From positions 1 to 64,000 of the IMG/VR virus record IMGVR_UViG_3300030419_008158: a stretch of 64,000 nucleotides of DNA, one strand, 5' to 3'. Made by a program: the position numbers and the translations under genes. Within the stretch, counting starts at the first letter, position 1. Every line of letters starts with the position of its first letter. Below the pieces are notes generated by a model. The model made no database searches, was not told where the DNA came from, and saw nothing but the letters and a program-made list of their open reading frames with translations. This document shows positions 1-8,055 of the stretch, piece after piece.

Positions 1-111
1 GTGATCAAGCATCAAATACATCTCATCGAGAGGATTATATTCATATGCTTCTTGTAGCTTAGCTTTCTCTTCTTTAATGATTCGTCTGAGTTGTCTTTTT
101 GATATTTTCAT
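1..111 (-). CDS. Small protein with MKI(S/T)KRQL leader, partial (runs off window)
   Basis: Not in ORF track. Manual translation from ATG at 111: MKISKRQLRRIIKEEKAKLQEAYEYNPLDEMYLMLDH...; ATGA overlap with the stop of 108..338. Confidence 0.85.
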   Translation of the reverse strand, partial: MKISKRQLRRIIKEEKAKLQEAYEYNPLDEMYLMLDH

Positions 112-338
112 CTTGTCGGCCCCCGCAATTCGTCTTTAATGTCTCTGACCATTTTCTCCAAAGCAGCAAGGATATTGCGATTTGTTTCTGGATCTACTTC
201 ACCATAACCCACTTCGTCTTCAATGACATTGCCGAATGCAAGTTCCCACCAACCTGCGCCTGGCGGAAGCCTGGCTTCATGAAGTTTGGCCTTTTCTTCT
301 TTGATGATTCTTCTCAATTGCCTTTTAGTAATCTTCAC
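108..338 (-). CDS. Small protein with MKITKRQL leader (putative internal virion protein)
   Basis: MKITKRQLRRIIKEEKAKLHEA; GGAGG upstream of GTG. Confidence 0.85.
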   Translation of the reverse strand: MKITKRQLRRIIKEEKAKLHEARLPPGAGWWELAFGNVIEDEVGYGEVDPETNRNILAALEKMVRDIKDELRGPTR

Positions 339-340
339 TG

Positions 341-586
341 TTATCCTCCAAGCCGGCTATTCAAAATCTGAACTGCCTGAGCTAGTGTCTTGTTTTCATC
401 ATCTGTAAAGCGACCATAGTTCTGGTCGATAAGCATTTCCAAATCCAGGATAGTATCACCAGCAAATGAATCAAACTTTTTCGCCATGGCTTTTTCTTCA
501 CTAGAGTCCAAATATCTCTCTGAAACAAGCTTGGCCCTTTCTTCTTTGATGATTCTTTTTAGTTGTCGTTTGGTGATTTTCATCAT
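341..586 (-). CDS. Small protein with MKITKRQL leader (putative internal virion protein)
   Basis: MMKITKRQLKRIIKEERAKLVSE; TAATG coupling to upstream gene. Confidence 0.85.
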   Translation of the reverse strand: MMKITKRQLKRIIKEERAKLVSERYLDSSEEKAMAKKFDSFAGDTILDLEMLIDQNYGRFTDDENKTLAQAVQILNSRLGG

Positions 587-1155
587 TAGTTTTCCAGTTC
601 TGTTTTTACTCTCTGTTGCAAGAGATAGACATTTTCTTCGTGTGAATTAGCAGTCTGTGCAAGAAAATCATTTAATCCTAAAGACAAAGATCCTGCTGAC
701 TCAAGCTCATAAAACATTGTCTCCACAAGCTCTAGAAAATTCTTTTCCATTTCTAGGCCTACAGAAGCCATAGCTAAAGACGTTATAGCAGGTGGTGATG
801 GGTAATTTCCCATAGCTTGTACAGCAAGATTTGTAATATGCATCGGGCATGCAATTCCTTCATCTCCTGTAACTCCAACTGCTTTTTCAATTGCAGCGTC
901 CATCTCTTCTTGTATTTTTAGATAAATCACTCCGAACAGATTGACATGATCGCCTCCAAACCCAGCTCCCCGAGAAACATTATGAGCACCATGAAACCAA
1001 AGATGCATAGCACGAAGCATGCCCAAATACTGCGAAAGACGCGTCGACAGCAAGCTACTGTCTGCCTCTTCAGACGCAAGATTGTCAAGTGCTTTTGCAA
1101 CAAAGGAAGCTTCTACAGCGTCATCTGCCGGACATTCATTAATTTTACGATCCAT
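586..1155 (-). CDS. Dps/ferritin-like protein
   Basis: HLWFHGAHNVSRGAGFGGDH...IY...EMDAAIEK resembles the Dps HWNVxGxxFxxLH...DxxAER signature. Confidence 0.7.
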   Translation of the reverse strand: MDRKINECPADDAVEASFVAKALDNLASEEADSSLLSTRLSQYLGMLRAMHLWFHGAHNVSRGAGFGGDHVNLFGVIYLKIQEEMDAAIEKAVGVTGDEGIACPMHITNLAVQAMGNYPSPPAITSLAMASVGLEMEKNFLELVETMFYELESAGSLSLGLNDFLAQTANSHEENVYLLQQRVKTELEN

Positions 1156-1738
1156 GAAAATCCTCTTCTCCTAATTGAGCAAAGACTTCTGCTTCACCCG
1201 GAAGATCTTCACCTTGACGCTCAAGCTTATACTCTAGATACTCTCGAACTGAGTTCATCATCATTTTTGCTTGTGCAATTTTATATTCACACCACTGTGG
1301 AAGATCGTCTTCGTCATTGAGAAGCTGGTGTAAACGATAAGAATCTACAGCAATGTTTCTCAAAGCTCCGCGGGCCATTCTTCCCTCACGTGCGTCACTC
1401 ACAACGTTTCCGTGATCTAACATTCTGCCAGCATCATGGGTCTCATTGATCGGATTTGTTCGTGTGTATGGTTTTAGGGGATATAGTCCACCTGTCTCAT
1501 CCGCGGGTGTATATTGATTTTGAGCTCGCAGACGATACTGCTCTTGCTTGGCATGCTGTTTTACTTTTTCTGCCATGTAAAGGTCACAGCCATGATCTCT
1601 CATGAGATCAGCTTCGGATACGACCAAAAGCTCAGACAGCTCTGTCGGCCTGAGCTTGGCATGGCAAAGAGCTTTTACAACTCCAAGCTCGAGGTCCTTT
1701 TTTGCTTCTAAAAGCAGGCTTTTTTTAGTGTTTGGCAT
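1145..1738 (-). CDS. Hypothetical protein, likely virion head-associated
   Basis: GAGG before ATG 1738; EGRMARGAL...DDLPQWCEYKI helical domain; LLE/INE motifs; GATATTTA motif upstream. Confidence 0.6.
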   Translation of the reverse strand: MPNTKKSLLLEAKKDLELGVVKALCHAKLRPTELSELLVVSEADLMRDHGCDLYMAEKVKQHAKQEQYRLRAQNQYTPADETGGLYPLKPYTRTNPINETHDAGRMLDHGNVVSDAREGRMARGALRNIAVDSYRLHQLLNDEDDLPQWCEYKIAQAKMMMNSVREYLEYKLERQGEDLPGEAEVFAQLGEEDFHGS

Positions 1739-1760
1739 GTTTTTCCTCACTTTGTGAATC

Positions 1761-1768
1761 TAAATATC
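1761..1768 (-). promoter_or_regulatory. Putative phage late promoter GATATTTA
   Basis: Same 8-mer recurs upstream of five other structural-type genes. Confidence 0.55.
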
Positions 1769-1810
1769 ACGTAAGAGAAGAATGACACACTTTGTATACT
1801 TGAAAAAAGA

Positions 1811-2056
1811 CTAGTCTATATGATCAACAGAAAGAGCTGTCTCGAGAACATCGATCACTTGATCGTACTCGTTTGCTTCGTGCGTCTTAAGCTTCGCCTT
1901 GTTTTTTGCAGCAGAAAGCGCAGCTCTAAAAACTTTTGGCTCTACTCTATCTTTGAATTCAGCAAGAACTTGCTTCTTATCGTCTTGAAGCATCTTAATT
2001 TCATTCTCAATACTCATATAGCGCTCAAAGAGCTCTTTTACATCATTGTTGGTCAT
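1811..2056 (-). CDS. GapR/DUF2312 (T4 DsbA-like) dsDNA-binding protein
   Basis: VKELFERYMSIENEIKMLQDDKKQVLAEFK..PKVFRAAL matches the family pattern. Confidence 0.6.
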   Translation of the reverse strand: MTNNDVKELFERYMSIENEIKMLQDDKKQVLAEFKDRVEPKVFRAALSAAKNKAKLKTHEANEYDQVIDVLETALSVDHID

Positions 2057-2234
2057 TTTCACTTCTCCTATTTTCATAGCCAATAATCAAAAAAACACCA
2101 CTTAGAAAGTTGAGAGCAACCCACCCATAACTCTCTAATGTAATATTATGAAGCAGCACGATTGTGTTCAGGACAATCATGATTACTAAAAATATGTCAA
2201 AAAAATTATTTCGGCCGCTCACAATTCTTCTCAT
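2043..2234 (-). CDS. Small membrane protein
   Basis: Two hydrophobic segments in 63 aa. Confidence 0.45.
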   Translation of the reverse strand: MRRIVSGRNNFFDIFLVIMIVLNTIVLLHNITLESYGWVALNFLSGVFLIIGYENRRSENDQQ

Positions 2235-2355
2235 GTACTAAGACAATTTGATTTTCACCTACAACTACTTTTTTGTAAGCACCAAGATTGTCAATAATAA
2301 GACCGGGTGTTTCGCAATCAAGTCTAATTCTTTTTCCGCCGCCTACTGCATTCAT
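2206..2355 (-). CDS. Small hypothetical protein
   Basis: ATG at 2355 (MNAVGGGKR...) fills the gap in the operon. Confidence 0.35.
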   Translation of the reverse strand: MNAVGGGKRIRLDCETPGLIIDNLGAYKKVVVGENQIVLVHEKNCERPK

Positions 2356-2416
2356 ATAAATGCCTTTTTCAATCAAGACAAGCTCTGATGTGTTTTTGCA
2401 AGCGGATTCTGGCCGC

Positions 2417-2734
2417 TTATTGATCACTGGTCTTTTCTCTAATACCGAAGTCTTTGGCTGTCTTTTTCTTACCCGCTTCAGGATCACTAAGTGCTTCCTG
2501 TGTGGGCTCCTCTTCGAGGACATCTGTTTCAACCTCAGGAACATTCTCATGAGCAGCTGCAGAACTACTTTCATTTTTTGTATTTTTGAATAGATCTTGC
2601 AAGCTGCCATCTTGTGGTGGCTCTACTCGAGAATTTTCAAAAATTCTTAATGCTTCCGGATAATTTTTTGCCCCTTTGACGAAGTTAGATAGACTAACTT
2701 TTCGGCGCTTTGAATAAAATTCCCAGTTAATCAT
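2417..2734 (-). CDS. Hypothetical protein
   Basis: TAATG coupling with upstream gene. Confidence 0.6.
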   Translation of the reverse strand: MINWEFYSKRRKVSLSNFVKGAKNYPEALRIFENSRVEPPQDGSLQDLFKNTKNESSSAAAHENVPEVETDVLEEEPTQEALSDPEAGKKKTAKDFGIREKTSDQ

Positions 2735-3015
2735 TATTCTATCTCCTTGATTAGAGCGGCGACACTCATCTGAAATTGTGGGTTTTTTGCAATAGACATG
2801 ATCTCATCATCGGAAGATGCCAGATTGTTTTCCTCACAGATAGGCTTTGCAATCTTTTTCATAGCTGACAGCAGAACATTTCTTGCATTTGACGGACCAA
2901 TCTTGATTCCTCTTTCATTGCATGCTGCAGCAATCTGTTTGTAATTTTTTGCGTTTGGAATTGTTGCAATAGAACAATATCCATTATCAAATTTTTTTCC
3001 CTTGGGCATTGACAT
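2734..3015 (-). CDS. HTH protein resembling sigma-70 region 4.2
   Basis: KNYKQIA...IGPSNARNVLLSAMKKI; strong SD TAAGGAG; directly follows a sigma factor lacking region 4.2. Confidence 0.55.
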   Translation of the reverse strand: MSMPKGKKFDNGYCSIATIPNAKNYKQIAAACNERGIKIGPSNARNVLLSAMKKIAKPICEENNLASSDDEIMSIAKNPQFQMSVAALIKEIE

Positions 3016-3025
3016 ATTTTTCTCC

Positions 3026-3718
3026 TTAGTCTTCGATTCCGAAGCGCATTTTCACAATAAGTTTCTCTCTCTCAGTAAGCGAGGACAAAACTTCATTAAT
3101 TTTTGCTGAAAGTCTTTCTCGATCAATTCTTTCATCAGGGCTCGGCTCTCTGGCCGGAATAACATCGGCAAGAGTTCGATTTCCACCCTCAGAAGGAAAC
3201 ATTGGCTTATCGAGCGCAATAGTTCTAGATGCAGACTGTCGCAAAGATCGAAGTGTATCCGGTGTGGTACCGAATTTTTCTGCAGTCTCCAAATCTGTAG
3301 GTTTTCGACCCATTTGTGACTCAAATGCATTTTCAAACTCAGAAATTTTATAAAGCTTTGAAAATGCATTTGACGGTAAATCAATCGTACCGGAGTTAGC
3401 GGCGATGTAAGCTCTTACAGCTGCTTGTATCCACCAATACGCGTAAGTTGAAAACTTAAAGCCCTTTGACCAATCAAACTCATCTACTGCTCGAGTGAGA
3501 CCCAGAACAGATTCTTGAAAAAGATCATCAATATCTACACCGCGATTGGTGTATTTCTTGACAACACTTAGCGCAAGACGTAAGTTTGCCTGTATCATCT
3601 TTTCTCTTGCAGCATTGTCGCCTTTTTCAATACGCTTGGAAAGTTCGATCTCTTCCTCACGAGTCAACAACTTTGTGTCGCCTACGTGATCAAATAGTGA
3701 ATAAGATGTTGAGTTCAT
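3026..3718 (-). CDS. Sigma-70 family factor (RpoD/RpoS-like regions 1.2-4.1, no 4.2 HTH)
   Basis: LLTREEEIEL; ANLRLALSVVKKY; DLFQE; GFKFSTYAYWWIQ; ends LTEREKLIVKMRFGIED*. Confidence 0.92.
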   Translation of the reverse strand: MNSTSYSLFDHVGDTKLLTREEEIELSKRIEKGDNAAREKMIQANLRLALSVVKKYTNRGVDIDDLFQESVLGLTRAVDEFDWSKGFKFSTYAYWWIQAAVRAYIAANSGTIDLPSNAFSKLYKISEFENAFESQMGRKPTDLETAEKFGTTPDTLRSLRQSASRTIALDKPMFPSEGGNRTLADVIPAREPSPDERIDRERLSAKINEVLSSLTEREKLIVKMRFGIED

Positions 3719-3758
3719 ATTCTACTCCTGTGTGTGTTTATGTATTGTAACGAGCTCA

Positions 3759-3950
3759 CTAAACCTTGTGGCCTCGTTTTTGAGCCTCAGCTTGCAAATA
3801 ACAAATTTCCTCTTCAGCCCTATGTGTGTTTTGGCCGACCCTCCTCTTCTTGTGAACAATCCTCTTCATCTTTTTAAGTTCGGTAAAAAGCTCATCATCT
3901 GTCATTGCCAGAATCTGCTCATTGCTAAACTTTGGAACCGTGTACGACAT
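3759..3950 (-). CDS. Hypothetical protein
   Basis: AAGGAG SD before ATG 3950. Confidence 0.55.
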   Translation of the reverse strand: MSYTVPKFSNEQILAMTDDELFTELKKMKRIVHKKRRVGQNTHRAEEEICYLQAEAQKRGHKV

Positions 3951-3966
3951 TTTGGTCACTCCTTGA

Positions 3967-5580
3967 TTAGACACTGTCGAAATAAGCAACATTGGAATCG
4001 ACACCGTTGTCGTATTCCTCTGTTATTATACACCCAATAGACAACAAATTACACGCAACTGATAAACTATGTTCGACAGCAGAAACTACGACTGCGTGTG
4101 GATCGAGTATTCCTAAGTCAAACATGTCTCCATACTTATCGTTCTTGCCGTCATATCCGTATGTGTCGGCAGTTCTATTTACTTTTTGAACGACAAGATC
4201 TGCAGATACGTTACAGTTAGCGGCAATTTGTCGGAGCGGGGACTCCAATGCATCTAAAAATGCAACAGCACCTACATCAAAAGAGTCTCTTGCCTTGTAG
4301 CGCTTTCTAACTCTCTTTTTAGCCCTAGTCAATGCCACACCGCCTCCTGGCTGGACACCTTCTTTGAGGGCAGCTCGGCATGCATGAATCGCATCGTCGA
4401 CTCTATCACGCCTTTCTATCATCTCAGCTTCAGTTGCGCCGCCCACTTGAAGCACTGCGATACCATCGCTAAGCCTTTTTAGTCTTCGATCTGCTATTTT
4501 TTTATCATCTAAGCTGGCTGCTGGGTCGTTCATGACTGCCTTTGCCGAACTTTGTTTTTCCTTGACTTGCTCTGTGTGTTGCGTTCCAAAAAGAAGTGTT
4601 GTCTTATTTGTTACAGTCGCTTTTTTAACTCTTCCTAAAACTTCTTCTAGCTCATCTTTTTTTATAGGATGTTTTGCATCAGTAACAATTTTTGCGCCGA
4701 CTAATGCTGCAATATCTTGCAGTGCTGTAACTCTTGCAGAAGCAAACTCGGGTGACTTTATCACACAAACCTTTAGGCCCCCCTTTACTCTGTTCAAAAC
4801 CAAGGCCTGTAATGCTTCTCCTCCCACAGCATTGCAAATTATAAGAAGGCTTCCTCCAGATGCTGCTGTCTTTTCCAGCACCGGAATAATTGTCGAAACA
4901 GATGTAAGCTCGTCACTGATTATCAAAATGTCAGGGGACTCTAGTTCGGAAACTTGCTTTGATGTGTCGGTTACAAAATAAGGTGACTCAAAACCCCTGT
5001 CAATATAGGTGCCCTCAACCATGGTAAGTGTCGTATCATAGCCTTTTGCATCCTGAACTGAAACTGCTCCGTCGGCGCCGACTTTCTCAATCGCACTGCT
5101 TATTATTTCACCCAATTCCTTGTCGCCATTGGCCGAAATAACTGCTACATCACGAAGAGTATCAGGCGTGATGTCAACTTTTGTATTGTTGAGCTCTTCA
5201 ACAACTCTAGCAGCAGCTTCACGCATTCCTGACAGGACTTCGACAACTGAGTGGCCTGCAGAAATTACTTTTTCACCGTTGGCGACAATTTCCTGGGCGA
5301 GAACAGTTGAAGTTGTTGTTCCATCTCCTGCAACAGATGCACTTCTTTGTGCTGCTTCTCTTACAAGAGCAGCGCCTGCATTCTCATATGAATCTTTGAG
5401 CAAAATTGAATTTGCAACAGTTACACCATCTTTAGTAAGATGCGGAACATTGCCAGGTCTGCAAATGGCAACTGTTTTTCCCATGGGGCCTAATGTTATT
5501 CTTACTGCATCCGACAGTTTTTTAACACCAACTAAAAGCTTTTCTCTTGCTTCGGAGTCAAATAAAATTTCAGAATTCAT
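3967..5580 (-). CDS. groEL: GroEL-like chaperonin
   Basis: TLGPMG, TKDGVTVA, GDGTTT, VGGATEAEM, PGGG motifs. Confidence 0.95.
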   Translation of the reverse strand: MNSEILFDSEAREKLLVGVKKLSDAVRITLGPMGKTVAICRPGNVPHLTKDGVTVANSILLKDSYENAGAALVREAAQRSASVAGDGTTTSTVLAQEIVANGEKVISAGHSVVEVLSGMREAAARVVEELNNTKVDITPDTLRDVAVISANGDKELGEIISSAIEKVGADGAVSVQDAKGYDTTLTMVEGTYIDRGFESPYFVTDTSKQVSELESPDILIISDELTSVSTIIPVLEKTAASGGSLLIICNAVGGEALQALVLNRVKGGLKVCVIKSPEFASARVTALQDIAALVGAKIVTDAKHPIKKDELEEVLGRVKKATVTNKTTLLFGTQHTEQVKEKQSSAKAVMNDPAASLDDKKIADRRLKRLSDGIAVLQVGGATEAEMIERRDRVDDAIHACRAALKEGVQPGGGVALTRAKKRVRKRYKARDSFDVGAVAFLDALESPLRQIAANCNVSADLVVQKVNRTADTYGYDGKNDKYGDMFDLGILDPHAVVVSAVEHSLSVACNLLSIGCIITEEYDNGVDSNVAYFDSV

Positions 5581-5777
5581 CCCTTTAGAATCCTTTTTCT
5601 ACCTTCAGATAAAACTTCTGCAGCTGTTCCCAAAACTCTCTTTTCAGATGTTTTTATATTTTCAGCGACGAGAAGATCTCCAGCGATATAAGCAAACTCA
5701 TCGCCTGTGATCTTATTTAACTCTCGAAGAACTTTAGTCTGTTGCGGACTTAGTGTCTCTTTGTGATTGAATATCAT
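5577..5777 (-). CDS. Hypothetical protein
   Basis: GGAGG SD before ATG 5777; ATGA overlap with groEL start. Confidence 0.6.
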   Translation of the reverse strand: MIFNHKETLSPQQTKVLRELNKITGDEFAYIAGDLLVAENIKTSEKRVLGTAAEVLSEGRKRILKG

Positions 5778-6570
5778 GTATGCCTCCAGATTTAGCAAAT
5801 TGAGTCACCCATTTGGGCCACGCATTACCAATAATAGACTTACAGTGCCTTTGAGAAAACCCTTCATAGAAACTTTTTTCATTGAAATTGCTCTGTCTGA
5901 CAATTAGTTCATTTTCATTGACATTTTTTAGCTTTATTACATTGTATGCTACGATAAATTGCCGATTTCTTTCTGGGTCTTTTTCCAAGAATTCTTTTAG
6001 TACGCTCATATCTGCTGCCAACACATCTGCCCGCTTGGGGCCTATTCCTGCCACTCCGGGCACGTTATCTGTAACATCTCCTCGAAGTGCCTTCCAGGTC
6101 ACATAGTCACAATGCCACTCATTCACATAAGTCTTTTTCTTGGGATGCCAAAGTTTAGTATTCTTAGTGATCAATTGAATAAAATCACTATCGGTTGACA
6201 CAATTGTCACATTATCATTTTCATGAACATTAGACGCAAGATGCCCTATTACATCATCACACTCATGACGAGGATGCTTGATATAGACCAATCCGGTTTG
6301 CTCTTTTATCGCTTCAAACACTTCATCTTTTTCACGCCAGAACTGTGGATCTTCAAGTTTTACTCTATTACCCTTATAGTCCGGAAGCAACTCTTTTGAC
6401 TGTTCCGGGCGGCCTTCATCAACAATGTATACAATGTCGGGACTATGACGATTCATCTCTCCCTTTAACATTCTAAAAAAATTGAAATAAATTTTGTGAG
6501 GCCCTTCTCCAAATCCAAATCTTGCTCTATGAAGAAGATTGTGTGCATCTATTAAAAGTACATTTTTCAC
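5734..6570 (-). CDS. 5'-3' exonuclease / flap endonuclease (T4 RNase H-like)
   Basis: LLIDAHN, YKGNR, ECDDVI, STDSDF, GDVTDNVPGVAGIGPKRA. Confidence 0.92.
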   Translation of the reverse strand: MKNVLLIDAHNLLHRARFGFGEGPHKIYFNFFRMLKGEMNRHSPDIVYIVDEGRPEQSKELLPDYKGNRVKLEDPQFWREKDEVFEAIKEQTGLVYIKHPRHECDDVIGHLASNVHENDNVTIVSTDSDFIQLITKNTKLWHPKKKTYVNEWHCDYVTWKALRGDVTDNVPGVAGIGPKRADVLAADMSVLKEFLEKDPERNRQFIVAYNVIKLKNVNENELIVRQSNFNEKSFYEGFSQRHCKSIIGNAWPKWVTQFAKSGGIHDIQSQRDTKSATD

Positions 6571-6986
6571 AAAATCTCCTCAGGAAGATGCACTCTAGCT
6601 TGAGTTCCATCTTGCAATGTAATGGTCTGTATCTCGTTTGACAATAGTGAGCTATCAGGAGTCGATGGCTGTTCTTGTTTTCCTGCAGAAGACTCAAAAA
6701 GCTGTGCTTTTTCTCGGGCAGCAACTGATAGTTTTCGAACCATGTCAGTTGCCAAAATTAGCAAATGTGACTCTGCTTCGTCTACTGATTCAAAAACGCC
6801 TGCAAGACTTTGATTGTTCACGTGCTCTTCAAGCGCAAATGTCTTGCCTGATGTTCCGGCACACATGTGTTGAACTGTTGTTCCCGTAAGATCCTCAAGC
6901 GTTTGCTTCGAAGTTACTTGTATTGGCTCTATTGTCTTTGTTTTATTAGAGACAATGTAAAGAAGTTGTCCTATCCTGTAAGTCAT
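6567..6986 (-). CDS. Hypothetical protein
   Basis: Overlapping start/stop with both neighbours. Confidence 0.65.
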   Translation of the reverse strand: MTYRIGQLLYIVSNKTKTIEPIQVTSKQTLEDLTGTTVQHMCAGTSGKTFALEEHVNNQSLAGVFESVDEAESHLLILATDMVRKLSVAAREKAQLFESSAGKQEQPSTPDSSLLSNEIQTITLQDGTQARVHLPEEIL

Positions 6987-7642
6987 TCACACGCCTCAAA
7001 TTCGTATTTGAAGTTTGTAGGTGTATTTTTCCAATAATCGATTGAGCGCAGTATATTGGCTTTCTTTTTCACCGCTTTTCTACTGCATCCTTTGAGTTTT
7101 TCACTTAACTTTTGAAGCTCTATCTCATTTTTGCTCTTAACTTCGCCCCACAAAACTCTGCACTTCTTTTCTGCAAAGTGCTTTATCAGCTTAGCTTTAC
7201 CTCTTGATGATTTAGAAGGAGTAGAAAAATCTTCACTAGTCAATCCGACATAGTGAAGAACAACAAACTTTTCAAATGACCTATCTGCAATCACATACAG
7301 GTAGTCTAGACTTCCTTTTTTGACCAGTGTTGCATAGTCAGTCTGCAAATTAATTCCACCTGTAGGAGTAGGTGTAGTAATCTTGCACTCGAGCTCTTTT
7401 CCTAGCTCGCCGATCACAATGTCAGGCTCACCTGTCTTGCCATCGCTTACAACGTCTCTATACCTCTTGGAAAGCTCTTTAGCGAAAAATTCTTCTTGTG
7501 CAGAAGACATAAGAATATTTCTTCGGCCCGTATTTCCTAGAAACGGCATGCCGTGCCTGTTGTGAAGATGTAACAAATCACTGTGGAACATTCGCATGCC
7601 CATAAGGGCATTATGAACATGGGATCTTGTAACATAACTCAT
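6983..7642 (-). CDS. PD-(D/E)XK restriction-endonuclease-like protein
   Basis: QEEFF...GEPDIVI...ELECKIT; AGGAGG SD. Confidence 0.55.
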   Translation of the reverse strand: MSYVTRSHVHNALMGMRMFHSDLLHLHNRHGMPFLGNTGRRNILMSSAQEEFFAKELSKRYRDVVSDGKTGEPDIVIGELGKELECKITTPTPTGGINLQTDYATLVKKGSLDYLYVIADRSFEKFVVLHYVGLTSEDFSTPSKSSRGKAKLIKHFAEKKCRVLWGEVKSKNEIELQKLSEKLKGCSRKAVKKKANILRSIDYWKNTPTNFKYEFEACE

Positions 7643-7671
7643 ACAGCCTCCTAAGTTTATAAGACATCCTT

Positions 7672-7700
7672 ATTATATCATAGGTGGGTATAATTTACAA
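7672..7700 (-). promoter_or_regulatory. Sigma-70-type promoter
   Basis: TTGTAA-17 nt-TATAAT with extended TG. Confidence 0.75.
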
Positions 7701-7702
7701 GT

Positions 7703-8047
7703 TTATGACACTGAAGATCGAACTCTTTCTGATATTTTTTTGCCTGCTTCGATCGCCATACTCATAGGTTCAAGACCTAGTACTTCTCTAACTCTATCGT
7801 ATGTTTCAGCATCTAGACCATTTTTTAGGGCCAGCATATCTGCATATTGATGCAAATCTAACTGTGTCACGGGCAAATCTTCACCATCTGGGCCCGGCTC
7901 GAAATCTCCGGTCTCTCTAGACTCAAAGATAAAAAGCATTCTGGGCATTTCTTCTCCGTCTGGGACGGCGACAAACGGAATATGACTAGTCAAACCATTT
8001 TCATCAGCTTCTTCGTAGTATATTTCTGGGATCCATTGATTATTCAT
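7703..8047 (-). CDS. Hypothetical protein
   Basis: GAGG SD; acidic 114 aa. Confidence 0.65.
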   Translation of the reverse strand: MNNQWIPEIYYEEADENGLTSHIPFVAVPDGEEMPRMLFIFESRETGDFEPGPDGEDLPVTQLDLHQYADMLALKNGLDAETYDRVREVLGLEPMSMAIEAGKKISERVRSSVS

Positions 8048-8055
8048 AAATTCCT

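Noticed and set aside
3016-3028. Stop-codon reassignment or readthrough explaining the short sigma
   Set aside because: The stop is TAA, the next ORF is out of frame with its own SD, and conserved genes are full length in the standard code
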